In this document: piece after piece, positions 1-11,744 of the stretch
How positions within the stretch are numbered: the first letter of the stretch is position 1
How the letters are laid out: every line of letters starts with the position of its first letter
From: Deltaproteobacteria bacterium
GTDB lineage: Bacteria > Desulfobacterota > Binatia > UBA9968 > JAJDTQ01
NCBI GenBank assembly: GCA_028818775.1
Contig: JAPPNE010000039.1
Span: 8-64,007, forward strand
Length of the DNA stretch: 64,000 nt
Direction: 5' to 3'
Program-made: the position numbers and the translations under genes
Notes under the pieces: model-generated
Databases searched by the model: none
What the model was told of the DNA's origin: nothing
The model's input: the letters and a program-made list of their open reading frames with translations, nothing else

Positions 1-384
1 GTCGGCGCCACCCAGGGCCGCGGACGCTACGACCGCCACACCAGGCGCGACCAGCCCATAAAGGACATCTGGCTCCGCCCCCTGCGGAAGGACTGGCACC
101 GAACTCTCAACCGGTGATACCATGCTCCTCCGTATCCCCTTGGTCCGTCATCACCCGCTGAACGAACGAAAACGGCGTGCCGAAAAGGCGAAAAACGAGC
201 CGTAAGCGCGCCGGAAGCGACTGAAGTCAAACTCAGGGGCAATTAAAGCGCACCGGTGGCGACGATGCAAGCGCTAGCGGAAGGAAAAATCGGGTGATAA
301 CTTTCAGTAATACAATGAGTTATGGTACTCCTGCGCACCTCTGTGTATCCCCGTGTACCTGAGACGTTCCGAGTAATATCAGTG

Positions 385-807
385 ATGCCCCTAATCGACA
401 CCAATGTGATCTCCGAACTTCGAAAGCGGCAGCGAGCCAATCCTCTCGTGCTCGATTGGTTCCGGAACCACGAGCCACGGGAAATCTTCCTTAGTGTCTT
501 GACGTTGGGCGAATTGCGGCACGGCATGGAACGCGTCCGCCGTCGAGATCCCAAGGCAGCCATTGCCCTGGGCCGCTGGATGGACGATATTCTTCGCAGT
601 TTCACGGACCGCATTCTGGATGTGGATCGAGCGATTGCGGATCGTTGGGGTCGTCTTGGCATCCCTGACCCGGTGCCGGATGTCGATGGACTGATCGCCG
701 CCACTGCTTTGGAGCACGATCTCATCGTAGTGACGCGCAACGTGAAGCACGTCGCCCCGACGGGTGCTCGATACTTTAACCCCTTCGAGGGGCACTCGAC
801 CCCTTGA
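385..807 (+). CDS. vapC: PIN-domain VapC-like toxin, apparently orphan (no upstream antitoxin ORF)
   Basis: Translation MPLIDTNVISELRK...GLIAATALEHDLIVVTRN is typical PIN/VapC. Start moved to the internal ATG at 385. The upstream 118-384 is full of stops in all frames and has lower GC. Confidence 0.75.
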   Translation: MPLIDTNVISELRKRQRANPLVLDWFRNHEPREIFLSVLTLGELRHGMERVRRRDPKAAIALGRWMDDILRSFTDRILDVDRAIADRWGRLGIPDPVPDVDGLIAATALEHDLIVVTRNVKHVAPTGARYFNPFEGHSTP

Positions 808-967
808 GCCGCGATGTCGTACGGCCCACCCGAGATTGCGTGGCTTGTGTCTGTTGACCACGCGAGAGCGCAAAAAGGTTCACTGGACGCTCGGAACTCG
901 ATTGTCTATATTGAGTCACTCACCACAAAGAGTCAGTTCATCACACACATTTCAGGGAGGCATTTCT

Positions 968-2164
968 ATGGCTGGCAACGGAAAAGAGAAGTGGCAGGAG
1001 CCCACGGGCGAGATGCAGAAGGCGGGCTACGGGAAGTTCCTGCGGCCCAACACGGCCTATGACACTTTCATGGAAGAGCAGGAGATCCCCATCTACCGGG
1101 ACATCGGGGTGGAGAAGGTCCAGAACCTGCCCAGGAAGATGTGGAAGCGGCTCGGAGGCAACGCCAGCTTCATCCAGCTCCTGGGGACCGAGGGCCTTTG
1201 GGGCTCATACGTGGTGGAGGTTCCGGGCGCCGGCGCGCTGAACGAGGAAAAGCATCTTTACGAAGAGCAGTACTTCGTGGTGGAGGGGCGCGGCACCACC
1301 GAGGTGTGGGCGGAGGGCAGCAGCAGGAAGCATACCTTCGAGTGGCAGCAGGGGTCGCTGTTCGCCATCCCGATGAACGCCAGCCACCGCATCGTCAATG
1401 CCACCTCCAGCCCGGCGCTGTTGCTGGCGGGCACCACGGCGCCCAACATCATGAACCTGTTCAACAATACGGACTTCATCTTCAACTGCCCGTACACCTT
1501 CACCGACCGCTACGAGGAGACCGAGGACTACTACAAGCCCAACGAGGAGATCGAACCCGACCCGGTGCGCGGGCTGGCCATGCGCCAGACCAACATCATC
1601 CCGGACATCGTCACCTGCGAGCTGCCGCTGGACAACCGCCGCTCGCCCGGCTACCGCCGCATCGAGCCGCACATGGTGGGCAACAGCTTCTACCTGTGGA
1701 TCGGCCAGCACGAGACCGGCCGCTACTCCAAGGCCCACGCCCACGGCTCCGCCGCCGTGCTCATCTGTGTCAAGGGCAAGGGCTACACCTACACCTGGCC
1801 CTCCACCCTGGGCCCCACGCCGTGGAAGGACGGCAAGGCGGAAGGGGTGCGGCGGCAGGACTACGAGCCCGTCGGCATGGTGAGCGCGGCTCCCATGGGC
1901 GGAAACTGGTTCCATGCCCACTTCGGCGTGAGCGCCGAGCCGTTGCGGCTGTCGGCGTGGTTCGGCCCCAACGCGCCCGGGCGCGAGCGCGGCCGGCCCG
2001 GCGAGAAGGCCATCGACTACGGCGCCATCGAGATCAAGGACGGCGGCACCGCCATCGCCTATCGTGACGAGGATCCGTTCCTGCGCAAGGAGTTCGAGGA
2101 GACCCTGGCCAAGGAGGGCATGAAGTCCAAGATGCCCGCCGAGATCTATCAGCCGGAAGCCTAG
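968..2164 (+). CDS. Bicupin-domain protein (possible dioxygenase)
   Basis: 398-aa ORF with two cupin-like halves and a GGAGG RBS (cagggagg) 8 nt before the ATG at 968. The 764 start in the track is an N-terminal extension with no RBS. Confidence 0.65.
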   Translation: MAGNGKEKWQEPTGEMQKAGYGKFLRPNTAYDTFMEEQEIPIYRDIGVEKVQNLPRKMWKRLGGNASFIQLLGTEGLWGSYVVEVPGAGALNEEKHLYEEQYFVVEGRGTTEVWAEGSSRKHTFEWQQGSLFAIPMNASHRIVNATSSPALLLAGTTAPNIMNLFNNTDFIFNCPYTFTDRYEETEDYYKPNEEIEPDPVRGLAMRQTNIIPDIVTCELPLDNRRSPGYRRIEPHMVGNSFYLWIGQHETGRYSKAHAHGSAAVLICVKGKGYTYTWPSTLGPTPWKDGKAEGVRRQDYEPVGMVSAAPMGGNWFHAHFGVSAEPLRLSAWFGPNAPGRERGRPGEKAIDYGAIEIKDGGTAIAYRDEDPFLRKEFEETLAKEGMKSKMPAEIYQPEA

Positions 2165-2168
2165 GGCC

Positions 2169-3665
2169 GTGGCCGACACAGGATCCCTCGGCTTCACCGG
2201 TTCCGGCCGGCACATCGTAGACGAAGACGAGATCAAGCTCACCAGCGTGGGCGTGGACATCGGTTCGTCCACGTCCCACCTGGTGTTCTCGCGTCTCGAG
2301 TTGAGCCAGGAAGGCACCCGCTACGTCGTCAAGAAGCGCATCGTGCTGAGCGAATCGGAGATTCTGCTCACGCCCTACACCGACGACCTGACCATCGACA
2401 TGGAGCGCCTGGAGCGCTTCATCAACGAGCAGTACGAGCGCGCCGAGCTCAAGCGCGAGGACGTCGACACCGGCGCCCTGATCCTTACCGGCGTGGCCGT
2501 GCGCCGGCGCAACTCTCGCGCCATCGCCGAGTTGTTCGCCGAGGAGGCGGGCCGGTTCGTGTCGGTCACCGCTGGCGACGGGCTCGAGACCACCATGGCC
2601 GCCCACGGCTCCGGCGCGGTGGCGCGCTCGGGCCGCGAGGAAGGGGTGGTGCTCAACATCGACGTGGGCGGCGGCACCAGCAAGATAGCGGTGTGCGCCG
2701 GCGGCAGGGTGCGCGAGGTGACCGCCATCGACGTGGGCGCCCGGCTGCTGGCCATGGACGGCGGCAACACCGTTGTCCGGATCGAGGAGGCAGGCAGGCG
2801 TCACGGCGGCAAGGTGGGCGTCGAGCTGGAGCTTGGCCAGTCCATGAACGAGCAGACCCTGGAGGCCATTGCCTCGGAGATGGCGGACCGCCTGTTCGAG
2901 GTGGTCAACCAGCAGGAGCTGACCGACGAAACCCGGGAGCTGCTCCGCCTTCCGCCGCTGTCGTACCGGGGCAAGGTCGACGCCGTGACTTTCTCGGGCG
3001 GCGTGTCCGAGTTCATCTACGGCCACGCCGAGAACGGCTACGGCGACATGGGCGCGATCCTGGGCAGGGAGATCCGCCGGCGGGTGGAGGGACTGGGCGT
3101 TCCCATCCTGGAGCCCGCGGCGCGCATCCGCGCCACCGTCATCGGCGCTTCCCAGTACACCATCCAGGTGAGCGGCAGCACCATCTTTATCTCACCCCCG
3201 GACGCGGTGCCGGTGCGGAACGTCCCCGTGGTGCGCATCGACTTCGAGTGGGGCGACGACATCGATCCCGCCGAGGTGATCGGCGCCATCGACAACGCGC
3301 TGCGGCGCCTGGACCTCCAGGACGGCCGCCAGCCGGTGGCGTTGGCGTTCCACTGGGAGGGATCCGCCACCTTCGCCCGCCTGCAGGGCTTCTGCGGCGC
3401 GGTGGCGGAGGGCCTCAAGCCCATTCTGGACAAGGGGCACCCGTTGCTCCTGGTCAACGACGGCGACATCGGCGGCATCCTGGGCTTGCACTTCAAGGAG
3501 GAGATGAAGCTCGACAAGCCCATCATCTCGGTGGACGGCATCGCGCTGCAGGAGTTCGACTACATCGACGTGGGCGCGCTGATCCCCTCCTCGGGGGCGG
3601 TGCCCGTGGTCATCAAGTCGCTCGTCTTCCCCAGCGCGGAGCAGAACGCGGCTATCCGGCAATAA
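2169..3665 (+). CDS. EutA-like protein (ethanolamine ammonia-lyase reactivase family)
   Basis: N-terminal VGVDIGSSTSHLVFSRLEL matches the EutA N-terminus (GIDLGTTTTQVIFSRLEL). GTG start overlaps the stop of the upstream gene; about 500 aa. Confidence 0.7.
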   Translation: MADTGSLGFTGSGRHIVDEDEIKLTSVGVDIGSSTSHLVFSRLELSQEGTRYVVKKRIVLSESEILLTPYTDDLTIDMERLERFINEQYERAELKREDVDTGALILTGVAVRRRNSRAIAELFAEEAGRFVSVTAGDGLETTMAAHGSGAVARSGREEGVVLNIDVGGGTSKIAVCAGGRVREVTAIDVGARLLAMDGGNTVVRIEEAGRRHGGKVGVELELGQSMNEQTLEAIASEMADRLFEVVNQQELTDETRELLRLPPLSYRGKVDAVTFSGGVSEFIYGHAENGYGDMGAILGREIRRRVEGLGVPILEPAARIRATVIGASQYTIQVSGSTIFISPPDAVPVRNVPVVRIDFEWGDDIDPAEVIGAIDNALRRLDLQDGRQPVALAFHWEGSATFARLQGFCGAVAEGLKPILDKGHPLLLVNDGDIGGILGLHFKEEMKLDKPIISVDGIALQEFDYIDVGALIPSSGAVPVVIKSLVFPSAEQNAAIRQ

Positions 3666-3692
3666 CGGACCGTCAGGGGCGTCGTACGATGT

Positions 3693-3723
3693 TGTAGGGC
3701 GGGTTTGAAACCCGCCCCTACAC
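3693..3723 (+). terminator. GC-rich stem-loop between the EutA-like gene and thrC (possible terminator or attenuator)
   Basis: Near-perfect inverted repeat gtagggcgggttt / aaacccgcccctac, extended by cgtcg...cgacg. No strong T-tract follows. Confidence 0.3.
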
Positions 3724-3752
3724 GACGTATCGTTGGCAGTAGAGGACGAGTC

Positions 3753-5123
<1,371 letters not shown>

Positions 5124-5212
5124 TTCAGTGATTCACGCCTCTTTCCGTCATTCCGGCGAAAGAGGCCGTGTCAAACTTCGCCTGGATACAAAATCGCGCC
5201 CACGCCCCTTAC

Positions 5213-5315
5213 CGTCATTCCCGCGGAAGCGGGAATCCAGGGGTGGTGGCGGGCCACTACAGCGGCGTTTCCCCGCCTCCCCCCTCCTGGATTCCCGCTT
5301 CCGCGGGAATGACGG
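5213..5315. repeat. Pair of inverted 29-30 bp REP/MITE-like palindromic elements (ccgtcattcccgcggaagcgggaatccagg), 44-bp spacer
   Basis: 5213-5241 is the exact reverse complement of 5286-5315. Each unit is itself palindromic (attcccgc/gcgggaat). A related degenerate copy lies at 5137-5155. Confidence 0.7.
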
Positions 5316-5322
5316 ATGTGGC

Positions 5323-7101
5323 TCAGGCTTCCGGCGCGAACTGCAGCGAGGCCAGTCGTGCGTAGAGGCCGCCGCCGCTCATGAGCTCCTCGTGGGTGCC
5401 GGTGGCGACGATGCGGCCCTGCTCCATGACCACGATGCGGTCGGCCTTGAGCACGGTGGCGAGGCGGTGGGCGATGATGAGGGTGGTGCGGCCGGCCATG
5501 AGGCGCTCCAGGGCCTCGTGCACCAGGCGCTCGCTCTCGGCGTCCAGGGAGCTGGTGGCCTCGTCCAGCAGCATGACGGCCGGGTCCCTGAGGATGGCCC
5601 GGGCGATGGCGATGCGCTGGCGCTGGCCGATGGAGAGGCGCAGGCCCTTCTCGCCCAGGAAGGTGTCGTAGCGCTCGGGCAGGCCATGGATGAAGTCGTC
5701 GGCGAACGCGGCGTGCGCGGCCGCGGCCACTTCCGCGTCGGTAGCGGAAGGCCTCCCGTAGCGGATGTTTTCCCTGGCGTTGGCGGAGAAGATGACCGTT
5801 TCCTGGGGCACCAAGCCGATGCGGCCGCGCACGGCTTGGGGGTCGGCCTCCCGCAGGTCCACGCCGTCCAGCCGGATGCATCCTCCGGCCGGGTCGTAGA
5901 ATCGCAGCAGCAGCTTGAACACGGTGCTCTTGCCGGCCCCGGAGGGGCCCACCAAAGCGACGGTTTCTCCCGGCTCCACCGCCAGGGAAAAACCGTCCAG
6001 CGCATGTTCGTCGGGGCGGGAGGGGTACCGGAAAGCCACCGCATCCAGCACGAGGCTGCCGCGAGGCGGCTCGGGCAGGGGCAGGGGAGCCGTCGGTGCG
6101 GTGATGACCGGCCGCGCCTCCAGCAGTTCGAGCAACCGCTCCGTGGCGCCAGCGGCGCGCTGCACCTCTCCCCACACCTGGCTCAGGCTCGCGGCGGAGC
6201 CGGCCACGAAGATGGCGTAGAACACGAACTGGATCAGCACGCCCGCGGACATGCGCCCGCTCAGCACCGCTTCTGCTCCCAGCCACAGCACGCCCACAAC
6301 GCCGCCGAACATGAGCGTGATGACCAGGAAGATCAGCAGCGCCCGGCTGCGGACGCGCACCAGCGCGGCTTCGTAGGCGGCTTCGGTGGCCGCGCCGAAC
6401 CGCTCCATCTCCGTCCGTTCCTGAGCGAAGGCCTGCACCGTCTCCACGGCGTCCAGGTTCTCGCCGGCCAGGGCGCTGGTGTCCGCTACCCGGTCCTGGC
6501 TGAGGCGCGATAGGCGCCGCACCCGGCGACCCAGCACGAGGATCGGCAGCAGCACCAGGGGAATGAGCAACAGTACCCAGCCCATGAGCTGCGGGCTGGT
6601 GACGATAAGCATCACGAAGCCGCCCGCGAAGATCAGCAGGTTGCGCAGCGCCATGGACGCACCTGAGCCGATCACCGTCTGGATGAGGGTCGTGTCCGTG
6701 GTCAGACGCGACAGGATCTCGCCCGTGCGGGTGACCTCGAAGAACGTGGGGTTCATGCGCAGGACGTGCGCGTGGATCTGCTTGCGTATGTCCGCCACCA
6801 CCCGTTCGCCGATCCGGGCGACGAAATAGAAGCGGCTCGCCGACGCCACCGCAAGCACAGCGATGACCGCGAGCAGCCACTGGAAGCGCTGGCTGATGAG
6901 TGCGCGATTCTCTTCGCTAAATCCGGTTTCCAGGATCTGCCGGGCGGCGATGGGCAGGACCAGCGTGGCTACCGCGGCCGCCAGCAGAGACCCGGCCGCC
7001 AGGGTCAGCAGGATCGGATAGGACTTCAGATACGCGGCGAGCCGCCGCAGGGGGCGCAAGTCCCGGCTGGATGGTCGGGAGAAGTTCGTGGGTGCTTGCA
7101 T
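5323..7101 (-). CDS. ABC transporter, fused permease/ATP-binding protein (MsbA-like exporter)
   Basis: Six N-terminal TM helices followed by an ABC ATPase with Walker [10 protein letters not shown], signature [14 protein letters not shown] and Walker B. Start ATG 7101 or GTG 7116. Confidence 0.85.
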   Translation of the reverse strand: MQAPTNFSRPSSRDLRPLRRLAAYLKSYPILLTLAAGSLLAAAVATLVLPIAARQILETGFSEENRALISQRFQWLLAVIAVLAVASASRFYFVARIGERVVADIRKQIHAHVLRMNPTFFEVTRTGEILSRLTTDTTLIQTVIGSGASMALRNLLIFAGGFVMLIVTSPQLMGWVLLLIPLVLLPILVLGRRVRRLSRLSQDRVADTSALAGENLDAVETVQAFAQERTEMERFGAATEAAYEAALVRVRSRALLIFLVITLMFGGVVGVLWLGAEAVLSGRMSAGVLIQFVFYAIFVAGSAASLSQVWGEVQRAAGATERLLELLEARPVITAPTAPLPLPEPPRGSLVLDAVAFRYPSRPDEHALDGFSLAVEPGETVALVGPSGAGKSTVFKLLLRFYDPAGGCIRLDGVDLREADPQAVRGRIGLVPQETVIFSANARENIRYGRPSATDAEVAAAAHAAFADDFIHGLPERYDTFLGEKGLRLSIGQRQRIAIARAILRDPAVMLLDEATSSLDAESERLVHEALERLMAGRTTLIIAHRLATVLKADRIVVMEQGRIVATGTHEELMSGGGLYARLASLQFAPEA

Positions 7102-7126
7102 CAACCCGCGCGGCACTTGATATGAA

Positions 7127-7210
7127 CGTCATTCCCGCTTTCGCGGGAATGACCTATTCGTACGTTCCGCGACTCCCGGGTCATCCTGGAACAGGAAGCG
7201 GGAATCCAGG
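7127..7210. repeat. REP/MITE-like palindromic elements, same family as 5213-5315
   Basis: cgtcattcccgctttcgcgggaatgacc at 7127-7152 and ggaagcgggaatccagg at 7194-7210. They translate as spurious IPAFAGMT / IPASAGMT peptides in the overlapping ORFs. Confidence 0.65.
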
Positions 7211-7265
7211 CGAAGAGGGGACGGCGCGGAGTTGCTTCACGCCGCGCCATTCTCCCGACCACCGC

Positions 7266-8723
7266 CTAGACGTTGACCACCACCACGCCCTTGGGCTCCA
7301 GGTAGTAGTCCAGCGCCTCGGGTCCGTGCTCGCGCCCTACGCCGCTGGACTTGACGCCGCCGAAGGGCAGCTCGTCGTAGCCGTAGTGGAGCGAGTTCAC
7401 CCACACGTTGCCGGCCTCGAGCCTGTCGATGGCCTTGTTGGCGTACACCATGTTGCTGGTCCAGATGGACGAGCCCAAGCCGAACTCGGAGGCGTTGGCG
7501 CGCTCGATGGCCTCGTCCAGGTCCTTGAACGTGAACACCGGCAGGGCCGGGCCGAAACACTCCTCGGTGGCGATGCGGGCGTCGTCCGGGACGTCGGTGA
7601 GCAGCGTCGGCAGGTAGAAGTGGCCGTTCTTGAACTCGTCGCCTTCCGGCCGGGCGCCGCCCGCCACCGCCTTGGCGCCGCGCGCCTTGGCGTCCTCCAC
7701 CTGCTCCTCCACCTCGGTGCGCTGGTAGTCGACGTGGAGCGGCCCCATGCGGCTCTCCTTCTTCATGCCGTCGCCCACCGCCTTCTTCTGGAGGCCCGCC
7801 GCCAGCTTGCTCACGAAGTCCTCGGCAACGGACTCGTGCACGAAGAGGCGCTTCACTCCGAGGCACATCTGCCCGCAGTTGAAGTAGCGTCCGATGTCGG
7901 CCATCTTCACCGCCATGTCGACGTTGGCGTCCTCCATGACGATCATGGGGTCGCTGCCGCCGAGCTCCAGCGTGACGCGCTTGATCTCCCGCCCCGCCAC
8001 CTCCATGACGTGACGGCCGATGGGGGTGGAGCCGGTGAAGGCGATGCGGCGGATGCGGGGGTTGCTCAACAACTCCTCGCCCACCGAGCCGCCCGGTCCG
8101 CTGACGAAGTTCACCGTGCCCGCGGGCAGCGATTTCTTGCCCCCGGCATAGGTGGCCTGGGCGATCAGCTCCATGCACAGCGCGGTGGCCAGCGGGGTGG
8201 TGGAGGCGGGCTTGACGATGATGGTGTTGCCGGCCGCCAGCGCCGGACCTACCTTGGTGCCCATGAGTGTCAGCGGGAAGTTCCAAGGCACGATGGCGCC
8301 GCACACGCCGATGGGCTGGCGCACCACCATGCCGTAGGCGTTCTTCTGCGGCAGGGGCACATGGGAGCCGCGCACCTTGGAGGCGAGGCCGGCGTAGAAC
8401 TCCAGGCCGTGGACCAGGTGATGGATCTCCAGTCCCGCCTCGAACAGGGTCTTGCCTTGCTCCTGGGTGAGGAGCTGCGCGATGTCCTTGCTGCGCTGCT
8501 GGATGAGCTCGCAGGCGCTCTCCAGCGCCTTGCCGCGGTCCTCGGGGGTGGTATCGGACCATTCCTTGAACGCCGTCTCGGCGGCGTCCACGGCTTGGCG
8601 GACATCCTCTTCGGAGCCCTTGGCCGCGTGGTCCACCAACTCGCCGGTGGCCGGGTTGCGTACTTCGTAGGTTTCCTTCTTCACGGCGTCGACGAGTTCG
8701 CCGCCGATCAACAGCTTGGACAT
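7266..8723 (-). CDS. NAD(P)-dependent aldehyde dehydrogenase
   Basis: ALDH motifs (ELGGSDP, FNCGQMC, EEPFGPALP-like) and a GGAGG RBS before the ATG at 8723. Confidence 0.9.
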   Translation of the reverse strand: MSKLLIGGELVDAVKKETYEVRNPATGELVDHAAKGSEEDVRQAVDAAETAFKEWSDTTPEDRGKALESACELIQQRSKDIAQLLTQEQGKTLFEAGLEIHHLVHGLEFYAGLASKVRGSHVPLPQKNAYGMVVRQPIGVCGAIVPWNFPLTLMGTKVGPALAAGNTIIVKPASTTPLATALCMELIAQATYAGGKKSLPAGTVNFVSGPGGSVGEELLSNPRIRRIAFTGSTPIGRHVMEVAGREIKRVTLELGGSDPMIVMEDANVDMAVKMADIGRYFNCGQMCLGVKRLFVHESVAEDFVSKLAAGLQKKAVGDGMKKESRMGPLHVDYQRTEVEEQVEDAKARGAKAVAGGARPEGDEFKNGHFYLPTLLTDVPDDARIATEECFGPALPVFTFKDLDEAIERANASEFGLGSSIWTSNMVYANKAIDRLEAGNVWVNSLHYGYDELPFGGVKSSGVGREHGPEALDYYLEPKGVVVVNV

Positions 8724-8819
8724 TCGATACCTCCGGGTGGTTGAGAGTTGGACCAATCGGCCAGCGGCGCCACGGCGGAGCCGCCGGGCGCGTGCCGCCG
8801 AGAGATGTGTCTTTGTCGT

Positions 8820-9608
8820 CTACAGGCCCTTGAACTTGGCCGTACGCTTCCCCAGGTACGCCGCGACTCCCTCGTTGCCGTCTTCGCTGGCAAAGGTCTG
8901 GGTGAGCACCTCGCGCTCGAACGCCAGCCCCTCGGGCAGGGAGAGGTCGATCCCCGCGTGCACCGCGCGCTTGATCTTGCCCACGGCCATGCTCGCCTTG
9001 TTGGGCGGCACGAACTGCTTGGCGTAGTCCATGACGTCCTGAAGGAAGGTGTCGCGCTCGTAGATGTAATGCACGAGACCCATTTCCAGGGCTTCCTCGA
9101 AGGCCACCTGCTTGCCCGTGGCGCACAGCTCCAGGGCCTTGGCCCGGCCCACCAGGCGCGGAAGGCGCTGGGTGCCGCCCATGCCCGGCATGACCCCGAG
9201 GTTCACCTCGGCCAGGCCCACCCGGCCGCCGTCCCTCTTGGCGATGCGAATGTCCGCGGCCATGGAGATTTCGAGTCCACCGCCGATGGCGTGGCCGTTC
9301 ATGGCCGCGATCACCAGCTTGGGCGTGTTCTCCATGCGCATCAGCACCTCGTGGCCGTGCAGCGCGAAGTTGGCCTTGTAGGACAGGGTCTGGTTGCCGA
9401 GCATGTTGATGTCGGCCCCGGCCGAGAAAAACTTCTCGCCCTTGCCGGTGAGGACGATGACGTGGGTGTCGTCGTCGAAGCGCGCCTTGATAAGGGCGTC
9501 GTCCAACTCGCGCAGCATCTCGTGGGTGTACGAGTTGACCGGCGGGTGGTTCAGCTCGATGAGGGAGATGCCGTTTTCGGTGGTCTGTTCGATCGTGCCG
9601 TCTGCCAT
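8820..9608 (-). CDS. Enoyl-CoA hydratase/isomerase (crotonase family)
   Basis: Crotonase motifs ([26 protein letters not shown]) and a GGAGG RBS before the ATG at 9608. The longer 321-aa ORF is an unsupported extension. Confidence 0.9.
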   Translation of the reverse strand: MADGTIEQTTENGISLIELNHPPVNSYTHEMLRELDDALIKARFDDDTHVIVLTGKGEKFFSAGADINMLGNQTLSYKANFALHGHEVLMRMENTPKLVIAAMNGHAIGGGLEISMAADIRIAKRDGGRVGLAEVNLGVMPGMGGTQRLPRLVGRAKALELCATGKQVAFEEALEMGLVHYIYERDTFLQDVMDYAKQFVPPNKASMAVGKIKRAVHAGIDLSLPEGLAFEREVLTQTFASEDGNEGVAAYLGKRTAKFKGL

Positions 9609-10041
9609 GAGTGCCTCCTGAAACCGCGTTGATGGTGTCTGCCCGAGACTGAGAGTTCGAGCCCCCCTTGCATCCTTCCACGGCCGGCGGGCTCGCCTGG
9701 AGCCAAACCGCTGGCGTCTCCCAATGCGTTGGAACCGAGCGGGAAGAATCGTGGCGTCGGTCGTGGCGCCGGGCGCGCTGCCCATGCCGCATCTCCGGCG
9801 AGCGCCGCGCTCGCTCGGCAGGCTCGCTCGGGAAGTACGGGAGCGCTAGAAGGATAAGGGGCTGCGTCGTGTCCGTTGCTCCATCTGAATTAGCCGGGAG
9901 GGCGGGGCAAGTCAATACTTGGCGGTGCCCGCACAGTGGCGGCCACGCGCTTTCGAGTCCTGTCGCCTGCCGCCGCTACATCAGGACGGGGTCGCGCGCG
10001 CCCTCGTTGGAAAACGCGCCCCCGTGTGGCAAGAGTACACG

Positions 10042-11208
10042 ATGGCCAAGCAGAATACGCGACAGAAACTCCTGCGCGACGGTATGAACGTGCTCCGGCG
10101 GGAAGGGCTGGAGACGGAGTCGCCGGACGTGACCGTGGTGGAAACCCTCGTGCAGCGGTTCGACGCCGAACCCGCGGTCTCCCTGGCCGTGGCCAACGTT
10201 CTCGGCCGCATCCGCGACGCCGCATCGGTGGAGGCGCTCAAGGGCCTGGAGCCGCGCGCCGGCCACAAGGAGGTCCGGCGCGAGATCCGCCGGTCGCTGT
10301 TCAAGCTGGCCCAGGCCGGACTCGGCGCGGCCGAGCCCGAGGGTTCGCGGGAGGAGGCGGCGGGCACGACCTTCAGTCTGGCCCCGGAGATCGAGGGTTA
10401 CCTGTCATCCGTTACCGGAGCCGGCTCGCGCATGGTGATCCTGGCGCGCCCCCAGCTCGGCGGGCTGATGGTGCTGCAGGCGGCCGTAAACGACCGCCGC
10501 GGACTCGAACGGCTGGGCGGCACCGTCATCCGGCGCAAGGAGCTGCGTCAGATGATGGAGGAGATGAAGGCCCAGGTGGGGGTCTCCGTCACGCCGGTGC
10601 CGTGGGAGTACGCCGATTGGCTGGTGCACGACGCCTACCAGAAAGTGAAGGACACGCCGGGCGAGGGGGTCGCCGACTATCCCGTCCTGCGCAGCCGCCT
10701 CGCCACGGCCAAGCCCGCGGAGCGCGCCCATCCGGTCTTCGATGCCATGAACGCGGAGGGCATCGAAGCGACCTCCCTGTCGGAAGTCTCCGACAAGCTC
10801 CTGGAGGAACCGGAGCTGCGCACGTGGTTCGTGGAAAAGGAGCTGATGGAGCCTTACCTCCAGCGCCTCGACGAAACCGAGCAGAGCCGCATCGTGCTCA
10901 ATCCCATGCAGAAGGAGGAGCGCTTCCGGGGCGTCCTGCGGGAAGCCGTCCAGGGCCTCTTCCTGGGCGACGAAACCGCGCCGGTGTTCGAGGCCCGCCT
11001 GGAAGACGCCGCCTACCATCTCCACGCCTCCGGCCGGGAGGACCAGGCCCGGCAGGTCCTGCGCATCGCCCTGGCCATCCGCGACCGCGACCTCGGAAGC
11101 CTGGGCGTGCCGCTGCTCGAAACCCTCGTGATGCGCAGCGTCGGCCTCTACAAGGAACAGGAGAAGCAGGAAGCGGCGGAAGAGCCGTCGCTGATCGTCA
11201 AGCCGTAG
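10042..11208 (+). CDS. Conserved hypothetical protein
   Basis: 388-aa ORF with protein-like composition and no recognisable motif. The start is uncertain. Confidence 0.45.
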   Translation: MAKQNTRQKLLRDGMNVLRREGLETESPDVTVVETLVQRFDAEPAVSLAVANVLGRIRDAASVEALKGLEPRAGHKEVRREIRRSLFKLAQAGLGAAEPEGSREEAAGTTFSLAPEIEGYLSSVTGAGSRMVILARPQLGGLMVLQAAVNDRRGLERLGGTVIRRKELRQMMEEMKAQVGVSVTPVPWEYADWLVHDAYQKVKDTPGEGVADYPVLRSRLATAKPAERAHPVFDAMNAEGIEATSLSEVSDKLLEEPELRTWFVEKELMEPYLQRLDETEQSRIVLNPMQKEERFRGVLREAVQGLFLGDETAPVFEARLEDAAYHLHASGREDQARQVLRIALAIRDRDLGSLGVPLLETLVMRSVGLYKEQEKQEAAEEPSLIVKP

Positions 11209-11261
11209 CCAATCCTTTCGGGCGCGCATCCCTGCGGGCGCGGCCGTCTGGGGGCTTCGGA

Positions 11262-11654
11262 TCAGTCCGGCAGCACGGCGATCGCCTCGATCTCCACCAA
11301 GTAGTCCGGGTCGGCCAGGCCACTGACCACCACGAGCGTGCTCGCGGGCGGATTGTCGCCGAAATACTTGAGCCGCGCCGGGTTCAGGCCGTCCCTGAAG
11401 CGCGGGTCGGTGATGTAGGTGGTGATCTTGACGATGTCGGCGAAGCTGGCTCCGGCCTCGTCGAGCACCGCTTTCATGTTCTTGAGGACCTGCTCGGTCT
11501 GGGCCGCGACGTCGCCCTTGCCGACGACGTTGTTGTCGGCGTCGACGCCGGTCTGGCCGGCGATGAAGAGCAGGCGCTTGCCTTCCGCCAGGATGCCCTG
11601 AGTGTAGCGCGGCCGGGGATCCGGAATGCTCTTGGGCGAAAGTTCTTTTCTCAT
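11262..11654 (-). CDS. RidA/YjgF family reactive-intermediate deaminase
   Basis: YjgF-like sequence (ITTYITD, AIAVLP) and a GGAGGA RBS before the ATG at 11654. Confidence 0.85.
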   Translation of the reverse strand: MRKELSPKSIPDPRPRYTQGILAEGKRLLFIAGQTGVDADNNVVGKGDVAAQTEQVLKNMKAVLDEAGASFADIVKITTYITDPRFRDGLNPARLKYFGDNPPASTLVVVSGLADPDYLVEIEAIAVLPD

Positions 11655-11744
11655 GATTTCCTCCTGCGGTTTGTGCCGAAATGGACCTTGCGTTTGCTCG
11701 GCCAAGCATAGGGAATATCCCTTGCCAATGCCAGATCAGCCGGT

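Noticed and set aside
1-117. Open frame ending at TGA 115-117 (…DIWLRPLRKDWHRTLNR)
   Set aside because: It runs off the window start with no identifiable family, so it cannot be called.
808-967. Sigma70-like promoter upstream of the bicupin gene (ttgacc ... tatatt)
   Set aside because: The spacing between the candidate hexamers is about 45 bp; no acceptable -35/-10 pair.
1141-2317. Overlapping alternate-frame ORFs (1141-2067 +, 1205-2317 -) inside the bicupin gene
   Set aside because: Low-complexity Arg/Gly/His-rich translations; the bicupin frame is the only protein-like one.
5171-6880. 569-aa minus-strand ORF overlapping the ABC exporter in another frame
   Set aside because: Poly-Arg/Gly/Pro composition. 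Its N- and C-termini are translations of the REP-like repeats (IPASAGMT).
7237-9915. 892-aa minus-strand ORF spanning the ALDH and enoyl-CoA hydratase loci
   Set aside because: Arg/Gly/Pro/His-rich low-complexity translation in an alternate frame of two well-supported genes; a typical high-GC artefact.
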